From contig VMEV01000007.1 in the NCBI GenBank assembly GCA_007375725.1, positions 22,895 to 86,894 of the forward strand: a stretch of 64,000 nucleotides of DNA, given 5' to 3'. The stretch comes from Parcubacteria group bacterium Greene0416_36. Its GTDB lineage: Bacteria > Patescibacteriota > Patescibacteriia > VMEV01. Both the position numbers and the translations under genes were made by a program. The notes beneath the pieces were generated by a model, which was not told the origin of the DNA, did not search any database, and was given only the letters and a program-made list of their open reading frames with translations. Each line of letters starts with the position of its first letter. Position 1 is the first letter of the stretch. Of this stretch, positions 26,105-35,096 are shown piece by piece.

Positions 26105-28771
26105 CTAAAGCCTAGTCTTTATCTTCTCAATAATATCACGATATTCCTTCGCTTTCTCTTTTTCTTTGGCGACCACGGCTTCCGGGGCTTTGGAGGTGAA
26201 TTCGACATTGTCGATTTTTCTCCGAACATTCTCCAAGAGAATCTGGTAATGAGACAATTCTTTCTCGAGTTTCTCTTTGGATTTGCCTGAATCCTCCACA
26301 GCAACGCTCACGTAGCCTTCCACACCATCCAGAATAAATGGGAACTGTCCGGCCATTTTCTCTCCCAAGGCTTCCACCATCTCGAGCTCTTCCACACGCG
26401 CCAGTTTGCCGATCACCTCTCGATAGGAATTGATGAGAGACCCAAAAGACGGCGAGGCAATTTTCACTTTTATAAAGGCCCCGGCATCCACTTTGTTCTC
26501 CGCTCGGATATTGCGGATGGCAGTGACCGTGTCCTTGATTTTTTCTATCTGAGAACGCGAATTTTCTACCTCTCCGATATCCAACAATTTCGGCCACTCA
26601 CTCACAATCAATGGATCCTTCTGGGCTAAATTGGACCAGATTTCTTCACTGACAAAAGGAATAAACGGATGCCAGAGTCGCAGTAAGATTTCCAGAAGAT
26701 GATATAAAATGGCATCTTTCTGGCCTTCTACCTTGGCAATCTCCACATACCAGTCAGCCAAATCCGACCAAGTATATTCTCGGAGAGCCTCTCCCAGCAT
26801 AGAAATTTTGTAATTACGTCCCTCGATATCCAGACACTCTCGCGAAAGCGCGATCATCTCATTGGACCGGGCAATGATCCACCGGTCCGCGGTCGTGAGA
26901 ACCAGAGACTTAATATCGGTCTTTTTGGCTTTTTCCAAATCAATAGAAGTGAGAATATAGCGTGAGATATTCCATAACTTATTCACGAACCGCTTGGCGG
27001 CATCAATTTTCTCTTCGGAGAATTTCATGTCCGTGCCGGGAGTATTACCAAGCAATATTGACAGTCGAAGCGCGTCGGTCCCATATTTGGGAATCATGTC
27101 GAGCGGATCGATGCCATTTCCCTTGGACTTGGACATTTTCTTTCCTTGAGCATCGAGAATCAGGCCATGCAAATAAACCGTATTGAATGGAATTTCGCCC
27201 AACGCGAAAAAGCTCATCATCACCATGCGGGAGACCCACAAAGTAATGATCTCATAGCCGGTTTCCAGCACCGAGGTGGGATGAAACTTCGCCAGATCTC
27301 CGGTCTTGTTTCCCTTGGAATCCTGATTGTCCGGCCAGCCGAGAGTCGAGAAGGTCCATGTTCCGGAAGAAAACCAAGTATCGAGAGAATCCGGATCCTG
27401 AGTGAGTTTGGATCCGTGACAGCTGGGACACTCGGAGAGTTTCTCGTCGCGGGCACAGGTCATCTCCTTGCAATCCTGGCAATACCAAACCGGGATCGGA
27501 TGACCGAACCATATCTGGCGGGAGATACACCAGTCATGCAAATTCTCCATCCAATTGGAATAGCGCTTGGTGAATCGCTCGGGGACAAACCGGATCTCAT
27601 CGCTTTTGGCCGCTTCCAAGGCTTTCTCCTTGAGCGATTTTCCTCCGAGCCGATCCAATTTCTTATCGACTGAAATAAACCACTGTTTGGAAACCAAGGG
27701 CTCAATTGCGGTGGAACAGCGATAACACACCGACAAATTATGAGTATAGTCTTCGACGCGGTCCATGATGCCCATGGCCTCCATATCGGCCACAATCGCC
27801 TCTCGGCACTCGGCCACCGTCATGCCCGCGTACTTGCCGCAATTCTCCATCATGCGCCCTTTTTCATTGATCACGGCTTTGACTGGCAATTGGTGCCGGA
27901 GTCCAATTTCGAAATCCACGAAACTATGAGCCGGAGTCACCTTGATGATCCCCGAACCGAATTTAGGGTCGACAACCTCGTCTGCTACCACCTTCACCTC
28001 AAACTCCCCTAAAACTCCTGAGATTTTCACGGTCTTGCCAATCCACTCCTTGTATCGCGGATCATCGGGATGCACAGCCACGGCCGTATCACCCAGCTTG
28101 GTCTCCGGACGAGAAGTCGCCAAAACGAAGGGCCCGTATTTAATCCAGTATAATTTCTCTTCTTTCTCCTTATATTCGATCTCATCATCCGCCAGAGTCG
28201 ATTCGCATCGGGGGCACCAATTCACAATTCGGTGGCCGCGGTAAATCACGCCCTCGCCATACATGCGGCAAAACATTTCCGAGACCGCTTTGGCTCTTGG
28301 CTTATCTAGGGTAAAAGCTTCCCGCGACCAGTCAAGCGAACCGCCCATATTGCGGATCTGCTTCTGGATCATGGATTGAGTCTCGTACAAAAATTTCCAC
28401 ACGTGCTCGAGGAATTTCTCTTTTCCCAAATCATGGCGGGTCTTCCCTTCTTCCTTCTGCAGTCTCTTCTCCACCACATTTTGAGTCGCAATCGCCGCAT
28501 GATCCGTTCCGGGAATCCAAAGCGCACGATACCCGCTCATGCGGGCATAGCGAATCATCACATCTTCGATCGCCACCATGGCTGCGTGGCCCAAGTGCAG
28601 TTTGTCCGTGATATTGGGCGGCGGGAGCACAATACAAAAAGATTTAGCCGATTCCGGCAATTTCAAATTATCAGGATTAAAGTACCCCGACTCCTCCCAC
28701 ATCTTATAAATCCGCCCCTCTACCGACCCCGCCTCATACTGCTTCGCGATATTTTTTAGTCCTTGGCTCAT
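26105..28771 (-). CDS. valS: valyl-tRNA synthetase
   Basis: 888 aa. HIGH (PPPNITDKLHLGHA), KMSKS (KMSKSKGN), and a C-terminal coiled-coil. Confidence 0.95.
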   Translation of the reverse strand: MSQGLKNIAKQYEAGSVEGRIYKMWEESGYFNPDNLKLPESAKSFCIVLPPPNITDKLHLGHAAMVAIEDVMIRYARMSGYRALWIPGTDHAAIATQNVVEKRLQKEEGKTRHDLGKEKFLEHVWKFLYETQSMIQKQIRNMGGSLDWSREAFTLDKPRAKAVSEMFCRMYGEGVIYRGHRIVNWCPRCESTLADDEIEYKEKEEKLYWIKYGPFVLATSRPETKLGDTAVAVHPDDPRYKEWIGKTVKISGVLGEFEVKVVADEVVDPKFGSGIIKVTPAHSFVDFEIGLRHQLPVKAVINEKGRMMENCGKYAGMTVAECREAIVADMEAMGIMDRVEDYTHNLSVCYRCSTAIEPLVSKQWFISVDKKLDRLGGKSLKEKALEAAKSDEIRFVPERFTKRYSNWMENLHDWCISRQIWFGHPIPVWYCQDCKEMTCARDEKLSECPSCHGSKLTQDPDSLDTWFSSGTWTFSTLGWPDNQDSKGNKTGDLAKFHPTSVLETGYEIITLWVSRMVMMSFFALGEIPFNTVYLHGLILDAQGKKMSKSKGNGIDPLDMIPKYGTDALRLSILLGNTPGTDMKFSEEKIDAAKRFVNKLWNISRYILTSIDLEKAKKTDIKSLVLTTADRWIIARSNEMIALSRECLDIEGRNYKISMLGEALREYTWSDLADWYVEIAKVEGQKDAILYHLLEILLRLWHPFIPFVSEEIWSNLAQKDPLIVSEWPKLLDIGEVENSRSQIEKIKDTVTAIRNIRAENKVDAGAFIKVKIASPSFGSLINSYREVIGKLARVEELEMVEALGEKMAGQFPFILDGVEGYVSVAVEDSGKSKEKLEKELSHYQILLENVRRKIDNVEFTSKAPEAVVAKEKEKAKEYRDIIEKIKTRL

Positions 28772-28828
28772 ATATTTAGATTTTAGCTATTTTAAGATAA
28801 AAAAGGAGAAATGGGAACTTGACAAAAT
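28772..28828. repeat. 57-nt direct repeat, DR3 copy 1 (ATATTTAGATTTTAGCTATTTTAAGATAAAAAAGGAGAAATGGGAACTTGACAAAAT)
   Basis: Abuts the valS start codon and carries TTGACA 84 nt upstream of the 28917 gene. Repeated at 31792..31839. Confidence 0.7.
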
Positions 28829-28916
28829 ACACAGAAACAGTAGTCTTGAGAGTTGGAAAAATTCAAATTGTCATTTTACATCCTCCAACAATAGAAACTT
28901 TGTTCGGGAGAACATC

Positions 28917-30158
28917 ATGAAAAAAATCAGTCTACTTGCACTTTTCTTTATAGTTGTTTTCATTAGCACTGAAGCAGAAGACACCCCGCTCGAATGGGCG
29001 GAGTACCAATTCAAGCTGCCGATTCCCATTGACTATGATGTCGACACGAATACAGCATTGTCCCTGTCCGTATCAGATCTAATAGATTTGGGAACATACG
29101 AATTATTCGACGACAATCGCTGGACCAGAAGTGGCGGAATACTTCTGAACTTAATATGCAAAACCAGTATTACGTTCACAAGTCATGAATATGGACATTT
29201 CAGAGTTGATAAACAAACACGCACTGGCCCTGTAGGTTTCATAAACCTTGATGATGAGGAAGATACGATAGAAGGAACGAATCCAATCGAAACAGGAACA
29301 TATGTTATCATCAAAAAATTCATTTTAGGACATGATTACGGAGCAGCTTTATTTGAGAGAAAAGAACAAAAACAAATCTTCATCGATAATGAAACTCTCG
29401 TCCGTGTCTTAGTGGACGCAGGCGGCCTCAATCAAGAACAATACAATGTGGAAAGTCTGGCGGATAGATTATTGAACAAGCACGCTCATCCCTTAAACAG
29501 CGTTCTGTTTTTTATGGAATCGGCTTCCACTCTAGTATATCCACACAATGACGAAGTGGGAGATATTGAACAATATTTTCGAGACTTAAAAAAACTCAAT
29601 ATTTCTTGCAGGGAAGACCTGTCCACAAAATACGCACAAATAGGAAAATTGTTTTTATCCGGATCTTCGATTTCCTATGGTCTCAATATTTCCCAATATT
29701 GGTGGAGTGGGGACAAAGAAATAGAATATGTCGGATTCAGGTATGAAAATATATTCATTACCTGGCCAGATTTCTTCATTTATTTGACCAGTAAAGGACC
29801 CACCCTCAAGGTATCCAGCAGGATACAAATAAATGAAAATTTTGATTTCCTCTTCGGGCTAGAAACGAATTCTTTCTTTTCAAAAGAAGGCAAAGAATTC
29901 ACGGAAGCAATGATTGGAATACACACAGAATTTTCAAGATTTGAAATCGACCTGCGCCTCTATTCCAATTTGCAAGCAGGAAATACTGTAGAAGCCTACG
30001 GAAGAGTAGAAATCTATGAGGGAATATCCCTCTCTGGCGTCGGAAGATATTACAATGACTACACTTTTATCAGAGAAAGGATGTCACAGGAAATATTCTT
30101 CAACGCAAGTCACGACTATGAATTCAAGATCTTCTTGGAATATAGAATCGCGTTATAA
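28917..30158 (+). CDS. secreted protein with an HEXXH zinc-metallopeptidase-like motif
   Basis: Signal peptide MKKISLLALFFIVVFISTEA. HEYGH at residues 90-94. The rest has no recognisable family. Ends in ...EYRIAL. Confidence 0.5.
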   Translation: MKKISLLALFFIVVFISTEAEDTPLEWAEYQFKLPIPIDYDVDTNTALSLSVSDLIDLGTYELFDDNRWTRSGGILLNLICKTSITFTSHEYGHFRVDKQTRTGPVGFINLDDEEDTIEGTNPIETGTYVIIKKFILGHDYGAALFERKEQKQIFIDNETLVRVLVDAGGLNQEQYNVESLADRLLNKHAHPLNSVLFFMESASTLVYPHNDEVGDIEQYFRDLKKLNISCREDLSTKYAQIGKLFLSGSSISYGLNISQYWWSGDKEIEYVGFRYENIFITWPDFFIYLTSKGPTLKVSSRIQINENFDFLFGLETNSFFSKEGKEFTEAMIGIHTEFSRFEIDLRLYSNLQAGNTVEAYGRVEIYEGISLSGVGRYYNDYTFIRERMSQEIFFNASHDYEFKIFLEYRIAL

Positions 30159-30244
30159 AATTAAATCCACGAACCAACAAACAAAACATCTGATTTTCCA
30201 AAAGAAATCAGATGTTTTTTATTTCGATTTTTTCTGCCCATTTT

Positions 30245-31687
30245 TTATCTCACCAAACTCCCGTAATGAAAGGTCATATAAATTTTGTAACTGCCATCTC
30301 CTAGGTCTTGGAAATAAAATCCCGACCCGACGGAATTCCAATCGGCATGATAAATCGTGCGGTAGTGGGGACCGTTGGCGGCGGCTTCGGAGAGATAGAA
30401 TTGGAGGGTATCTTCCAGCGCGCCCTTGGCGGATTCTTGCGTGCCGCTGATGATATTCCAGCTGATATTTTCCGTGAAATAATTCGTTTTCCAACCGTCG
30501 AAACTATTTCGAACCGTGAAGGGAAGCCCCTTGGTATCGATCCACTGATGCATGGTTTTGCCATCGGGCCGGTCATGCGTTATTTGATCATTTTTCCCCA
30601 TATAAGCTGACCATTCGGATGCGGTATTGATCCAGCGCTGATCGAGGGTCAAAAAGCGAAGGCCCTTTTCGGCCCGAAGAGCATTGATTTTGCCCAACCA
30701 GTATTGATTGAGAGCGACAGTATCGATTCCGGCGGGAATGACACCTTCTTGGAAAGAAGACGCTTCTATAGTGACAGATACGATTGGGACAGAAGAATTT
30801 GAAGGGTGAGGCGTCGCAGTGGGAGTCGCCGTAGTTTCCTCGGACAGAGAAGTCGTGGAAATGGTATCGAGATTCGCCCGAGTGATGCCAAGGCTCAAAT
30901 TGCGCATGAGCTGATACGCGGCGTCTCCATCCGCGAGATAATGCATCCCTCCATTGTCGGGGTGGATATACCAAGCCTTGCCCTTATTCTCCACCTCGAG
31001 AATGATCTTTCCGCGCAAACGGGCATTTAGCGCGCTGTCCCCCGCTTCCAGCCGCACGAAATCTGTAGAAGAGATTCCCAGACTCAGACGACGCATCAAC
31101 TGATACGCGGTGGATCCGTCGCGCAAATAGTAACGTAGACCGGTAATCGGATGGACATACCAAGCCTCGCCATTGTTTTCGACATCGAGCAGAATTTTGC
31201 CTTTCAATTTTGCGGATAGATTCGTGGGAACAGGAGCTGTAGTCGCTATAGATTTTGGAGTGGCGGCTGGAGTCACGGTTACCGGAGCCGAAGAAAAAAA
31301 TAACTCCGAAATAGCCAATTTGATTTCATTATTTTTCTCCGGTCTGGAATACTCCCCATCAAATCTATCGGACTGGCCTCCAGTCTCTTCTGTGATATCA
31401 ATAAAAGTCGCCCCGACCCATCCGCTCTGGTCGCCCACTTGCACTTTGTACCAGCCGTCGATCTCGCCGATGATATCGACCTTCTTCCCGCCGGGTAATA
31501 CTTCGATGACATCGGTCCCAGAAATACACGCCCCGGTACGCATGCGAACCCCGCTCTTGATCATTCCTTTCCAGTGGAATTGATAGACGGGATCGTAATA
31601 ACACTCACTGCTCGCTGACACAACGGGGATATCCGCTAGAAAAATAAGCGCTCCCAGAGAAAGCGCGATGGGTAGATGTTTTTTCAT
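30245..31687 (-). CDS. secreted SH3b + duplicated repeat domain + CAP/SCP (PR-1-like) domain protein
   Basis: Signal peptide MKKHLPIALSLGALIFLA (ATG 31685-31687). SH3b (DGWYKVQVGDQSGWV). Two about 45-aa repeats (GKILLDVENNGEAWYVHPITGLRYYL / GKIILEVENKGKAWYIHPDNGGMHYL). C-terminal CAP domain (NALRAEKGLRFL...HYRTIYHADWNSVGSGFY). Confidence 0.7.
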   Translation of the reverse strand: MKKHLPIALSLGALIFLADIPVVSASSECYYDPVYQFHWKGMIKSGVRMRTGACISGTDVIEVLPGGKKVDIIGEIDGWYKVQVGDQSGWVGATFIDITEETGGQSDRFDGEYSRPEKNNEIKLAISELFFSSAPVTVTPAATPKSIATTAPVPTNLSAKLKGKILLDVENNGEAWYVHPITGLRYYLRDGSTAYQLMRRLSLGISSTDFVRLEAGDSALNARLRGKIILEVENKGKAWYIHPDNGGMHYLADGDAAYQLMRNLSLGITRANLDTISTTSLSEETTATPTATPHPSNSSVPIVSVTIEASSFQEGVIPAGIDTVALNQYWLGKINALRAEKGLRFLTLDQRWINTASEWSAYMGKNDQITHDRPDGKTMHQWIDTKGLPFTVRNSFDGWKTNYFTENISWNIISGTQESAKGALEDTLQFYLSEAAANGPHYRTIYHADWNSVGSGFYFQDLGDGSYKIYMTFHYGSLVR

Positions 31688-31711
31688 AAATTTTAGAGGA
31701 CAATTTAGCAA

Positions 31712-31746
31712 CAAATCCCCCTCGGTCCCCCTTTGACAAGGGGGAA
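31712..31746. repeat. GC-rich hairpin repeat, copy C
   Basis: ACAAATCCCCCTCGGTCCCCCTTTGACAAGGGGGAA in the 5' region of the SH3b-CAP gene. The 3' flank has diverged from copies A and B. Confidence 0.75.
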
Positions 31747-31791
31747 GTGGAGTTTATTGCTTATAAATACAGCATCATTCATTATTTAGAT

Positions 31792-31839
31792 TTTGAGCTA
31801 TTTTAAGATAAAAAAGAGAAAAGGGGAACTTGACAAAAT
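31792..31839. repeat. DR3 copy 2
   Basis: TTATTTAGATTTTGAGCTATTTTAAGATAAAAAAGAGAAAAGGGGAACTTGACAAAAT, with TTGACA 83 nt upstream of the 31916 gene. Confidence 0.7.
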
Positions 31840-31915
31840 TATAAAAAAATATATCATCCCTATCAGGAATAATCAGGCTTTCTCATCTAAAATGTAAATA
31901 AAACAGGAGCTATTA

Positions 31916-32401
31916 ATGAAAGTAGCAATCATTTCGTATAATGAGTTTGTAGATTGTGAAGGAAATGGCTGGAAAGTTGCAGGAAAAAACAGCGTTTTAT
32001 TACTTCAAAATACAGGTAGCGCGTATCTTAAATCCATAACAATGGAAGAGCGACAGAAAGAAATAAAGGAAGTTACAAATCCACTTTGGATACAGCTTCA
32101 AAATGAACGTGCGAATATAGATAAAATCGTATTGTACGTAGGATCTAATGGCTCAGAAGAACTAATCGAACAACTCGCCAAACAAGGTCTGACTTACGAT
32201 CAAGCAATCTTTGTTTTTTGTGACTGCGATATAACTCAAAAAATCCAACTGATCAAGAAAAACCAGCTAGAGTCATCACAATTCGTCTTATCAGAATGTG
32301 GAGGACGAGAGACAATGCTCAAGATCTATAAGGACATCCTTCGCAAAGGAGCGCTCCCTAATCCAAAAAAGAAAAGTCTCACAAAATCTAAAAAAATCTA
32401 A
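31916..32401 (+). CDS. hypothetical cytoplasmic protein
   Basis: 161 aa with no signal peptide and no recognisable motif. Followed by a hairpin terminator. Confidence 0.45.
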   Translation: MKVAIISYNEFVDCEGNGWKVAGKNSVLLLQNTGSAYLKSITMEERQKEIKEVTNPLWIQLQNERANIDKIVLYVGSNGSEELIEQLAKQGLTYDQAIFVFCDCDITQKIQLIKKNQLESSQFVLSECGGRETMLKIYKDILRKGALPNPKKKSLTKSKKI

Positions 32402-32415
32402 AGTAGACACTTTTT

Positions 32416-32448
32416 ATCCAGCTTAATAAAAAAAGCTGGATATTTTTT
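32416..32448 (+). terminator. rho-independent terminator
   Basis: ATCCAGCTTAATAAAAAAAGCTGGAT plus TATTTTTT. Confidence 0.6.
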
Positions 32449-32627
32449 ATGCCATTTTTTTAATCTTCTATTTTAGCTCAAATCGTACTCATTTCGGCCA
32501 ATCGAGTAGCCGGAATCGATGTGATTTGAGCGAAAAACAATAATCTAACATTCATAAAATAAAAAAACATCGGTTTATTTTCGATGTTTTTTTCAACAAT
32601 TCCCAGAACAAAAAAAGAATAATAAAT

Positions 32628-33173
32628 TTAGCTATAACCATTCGTATATGGTAATAACTCAGGAAATAAATCTGAACGCTCCATTACGGTAAGCCAATTC
32701 TTCAGGTAAAAATCACCTCCATTAAATCTTTCGAACAAATCAGGATGCATAGGCGCAGACACCTGATCCTCACAAATACAATAAACCAATCCTTTTTTAT
32801 CTGAACCAGACGAACGCCCCCAACCAGCTAATTGCCTAAGAGAAACCAACCAATATGGCTCTCTTTCACCATAGGAAACAATTTGACAATAATCCATTAC
32901 AATCACAGTACGGATTCTCCGATTTGCCGCCAGTATCGCAAATGCCAATCCCGCGGGAATTCTTGCGTAGTCTTGTGGTGGGATATAATCCACACTAAAA
33001 TCTCTTGATTGTAGAAAAAGAGCGGTCAAAACAGCATCAAATTCGATATCTTCATTTCCCAAGCATAAAAATGCCTCCTTTACTGAAGCACATATTGTTA
33101 CAATATGACCTTCCAAGGTTTTGATGGCTGATTCACGATTAGCAGGATTATCATCGATTACAAGTATCTTCAT
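32628..33173 (-). CDS. divergent CheY-like receiver (REC)-domain protein, stand-alone
   Basis: MKILVIDDNPANRESAIKTLEGH...FDAVLTALFL resembles REC beta1/alpha1 and the phospho-Asp region. The rest is atypical, with no output domain. Confidence 0.45.
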   Translation of the reverse strand: MKILVIDDNPANRESAIKTLEGHIVTICASVKEAFLCLGNEDIEFDAVLTALFLQSRDFSVDYIPPQDYARIPAGLAFAILAANRRIRTVIVMDYCQIVSYGEREPYWLVSLRQLAGWGRSSGSDKKGLVYCICEDQVSAPMHPDLFERFNGGDFYLKNWLTVMERSDLFPELLPYTNGYS

Positions 33174-33299
33174 TACTTACTCCCTTACAAAAAACTAGTA
33201 CTACTAAAAAAACCATCCATTGACTATCTTAATCAAAGAATATATTATATTGATTGAGTGGCCAATACGACCCCGTGGTGGCACTAGCAACCACATAAT

Positions 33300-34031
33300 A
33301 TGGAAGATTTACTGCAAAAACTGGGCTTTTCTTTAAATGAATCCAAAATCTATTTGGCTTTATTAGAATTGAAAGAAGCAAAAGCCGGCCAAATTGCTCT
33401 GCACACACGCATCCACAGGAGAAATGTCTACGATTCTCTGGAACGTTTAGTTCATAAGGGTCTGGCTTTTCAGTCTCTCTCGAAGAGCGAAAATTATTAT
33501 TCCCCCGTGGATCCAGCAAAACTTCAAGAAATCGTGAAGGAAAAAGAATTGGCCCTAGCTGAAAAAATGCCCGAACTTCAAAAAATCTACGGAGAAAATC
33601 AAAATTCCCAGGAAGCTTTTATTTATCGCGGATTGGAGGGAGTCAAAAATTATATGCGTGATGTGCTCCGAGTAGGAGAGGATGTCTATACCATCGGCGG
33701 GCAATTGGGATGGTTTGATCCGCGATTGTCTTTGTTCACGGAAAAATTCTTCAAAGAAATCGAGCGGAAAAAAATCCAAATGACCACTTTATTTGATGAA
33801 TCGGTAAAAGACGAAAAAGAACGGTTAAAACATTTCAAAGGAAAATATAAAATCATCCCCAAAAAATATTCTACCGATTCCGCCATTGATATCTTCGGCG
33901 AATATATTGTCTCTTTCACCGGAGTTCATTTCAAAAAAATAGACGATGACGTCACTATTTACGTCATCCATGATAAAAATCTGGCACAGTCTTACAAAAA
34001 ATGGTTCGAGCTCATGTTTGATCGTTTATAA
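33300..34031 (+). CDS. TrmB family transcriptional regulator
   Basis: N-terminal wHTH LQKLGFSLNESKIYLALLELKEAKAGQIALHTRIHRRNVYDSLERLVHKGL plus a C-terminal effector domain. 243 aa. Confidence 0.7.
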   Translation: MEDLLQKLGFSLNESKIYLALLELKEAKAGQIALHTRIHRRNVYDSLERLVHKGLAFQSLSKSENYYSPVDPAKLQEIVKEKELALAEKMPELQKIYGENQNSQEAFIYRGLEGVKNYMRDVLRVGEDVYTIGGQLGWFDPRLSLFTEKFFKEIERKKIQMTTLFDESVKDEKERLKHFKGKYKIIPKKYSTDSAIDIFGEYIVSFTGVHFKKIDDDVTIYVIHDKNLAQSYKKWFELMFDRL

Positions 34032-34156
34032 TATTCCTTTTTTTACACAAAATCCTAATACCTGTTACACTGAATAAATAATTGAATCTAAAATAAAAAT
34101 TAAACTCAGCTTTTAGCCTAAAAAGCCAAAGCCTAATCGCCTAAAGCCTAAAATAT

Positions 34157-34924
34157 ATGTTTTCCAAAAATTCCCCGCTGTGGATGGCCCCACTATTGGG
34201 ACTACTCCTCGTTTCCGGCACCGTATATCTGGGAGCAAAATCCTGGAGTGAAATGAAAAGTGCTAAATGGATCGACCGAGGAGGTGCGGTGCGAGATGTG
34301 GTGAGTGTCAACGGTATCGGCAAAATCAAGGTATCTCCGGATATCGCGATTCTCACAATCGGTATCGTCAATGAGGACAAAAACGTATTCGACGCGCAAA
34401 ACAGAAATGCCGCCACCATCAATAATATTATCGGCGGCCTCCGCTCCATGGGGGTTTCCGGAGACGATATTCAGACCAGCACCTACAGTGTGTACCCGGT
34501 ATACACCTATCCAGAAAATCTGCCCCGATTGCTCAATGCCTACGAAGTCCGACAATCCCTCACGGTTAAAATTCGCGATCTAGAAAACACCGGAAAAGTT
34601 CTGGCAAAAGTGGCGGAGCTGGGCGCCAATGAGATCAACGGTCCCACCTACACCATGGAAGACCCCGAGCCTCTCAAAAAAGAAGCCCGAGCCAAAGCCA
34701 TAGAAAACGCGACAGAAAAAGCCACCGAGATGAGCGCCCAGCTCGGCCTCTCCTTGGGGAAAATCACCAGCTACAGTGAATACGACGGCGGCTCGCCGAT
34801 CGTGTACGACTCCTATCTCGGCAAAGGCGGCATGGGCGGAGGATCCGTGGTCGAATCCAACTGGGAAGCCGGAAAACTCGAAGTAATCTCGAATGTGACG
34901 ATCACCTATGAGGTGAAGAAATAG
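34157..34924 (+). CDS. SIMPL domain (DUF541 / BP26-like) periplasmic protein
   Basis: Signal peptide. GIGKIKVSPDIAILTIGIVNEDKNVFDAQNRNAATINNIIGGL...EINGPTYTMEDPEP, typical of the SIMPL/YggE family. Confidence 0.8.
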   Translation: MFSKNSPLWMAPLLGLLLVSGTVYLGAKSWSEMKSAKWIDRGGAVRDVVSVNGIGKIKVSPDIAILTIGIVNEDKNVFDAQNRNAATINNIIGGLRSMGVSGDDIQTSTYSVYPVYTYPENLPRLLNAYEVRQSLTVKIRDLENTGKVLAKVAELGANEINGPTYTMEDPEPLKKEARAKAIENATEKATEMSAQLGLSLGKITSYSEYDGGSPIVYDSYLGKGGMGGGSVVESNWEAGKLEVISNVTITYEVKK

Positions 34925-34929
34925 CACGC

Positions 34930-34960
34930 AAAAAAACCCGAATCAGATTCGGGTTTTTTA
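34930..34960 (+). terminator. rho-independent terminator
   Basis: AAAAAAACCCGAATCAGATTCGGGTTTTTTA. Confidence 0.75.
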
Positions 34961-35096
34961 GTCTGCCAAAATGAAAAAAATATTTTTTCATGGCGGACGA
35001 TTACAGTCACGACAAACATTTCTGATATCACTCTACAAAGAAAAAATCTTTTCATCAATCACAAAAACAGGCCCGAAATTCGGACCTGTTTTTCGT

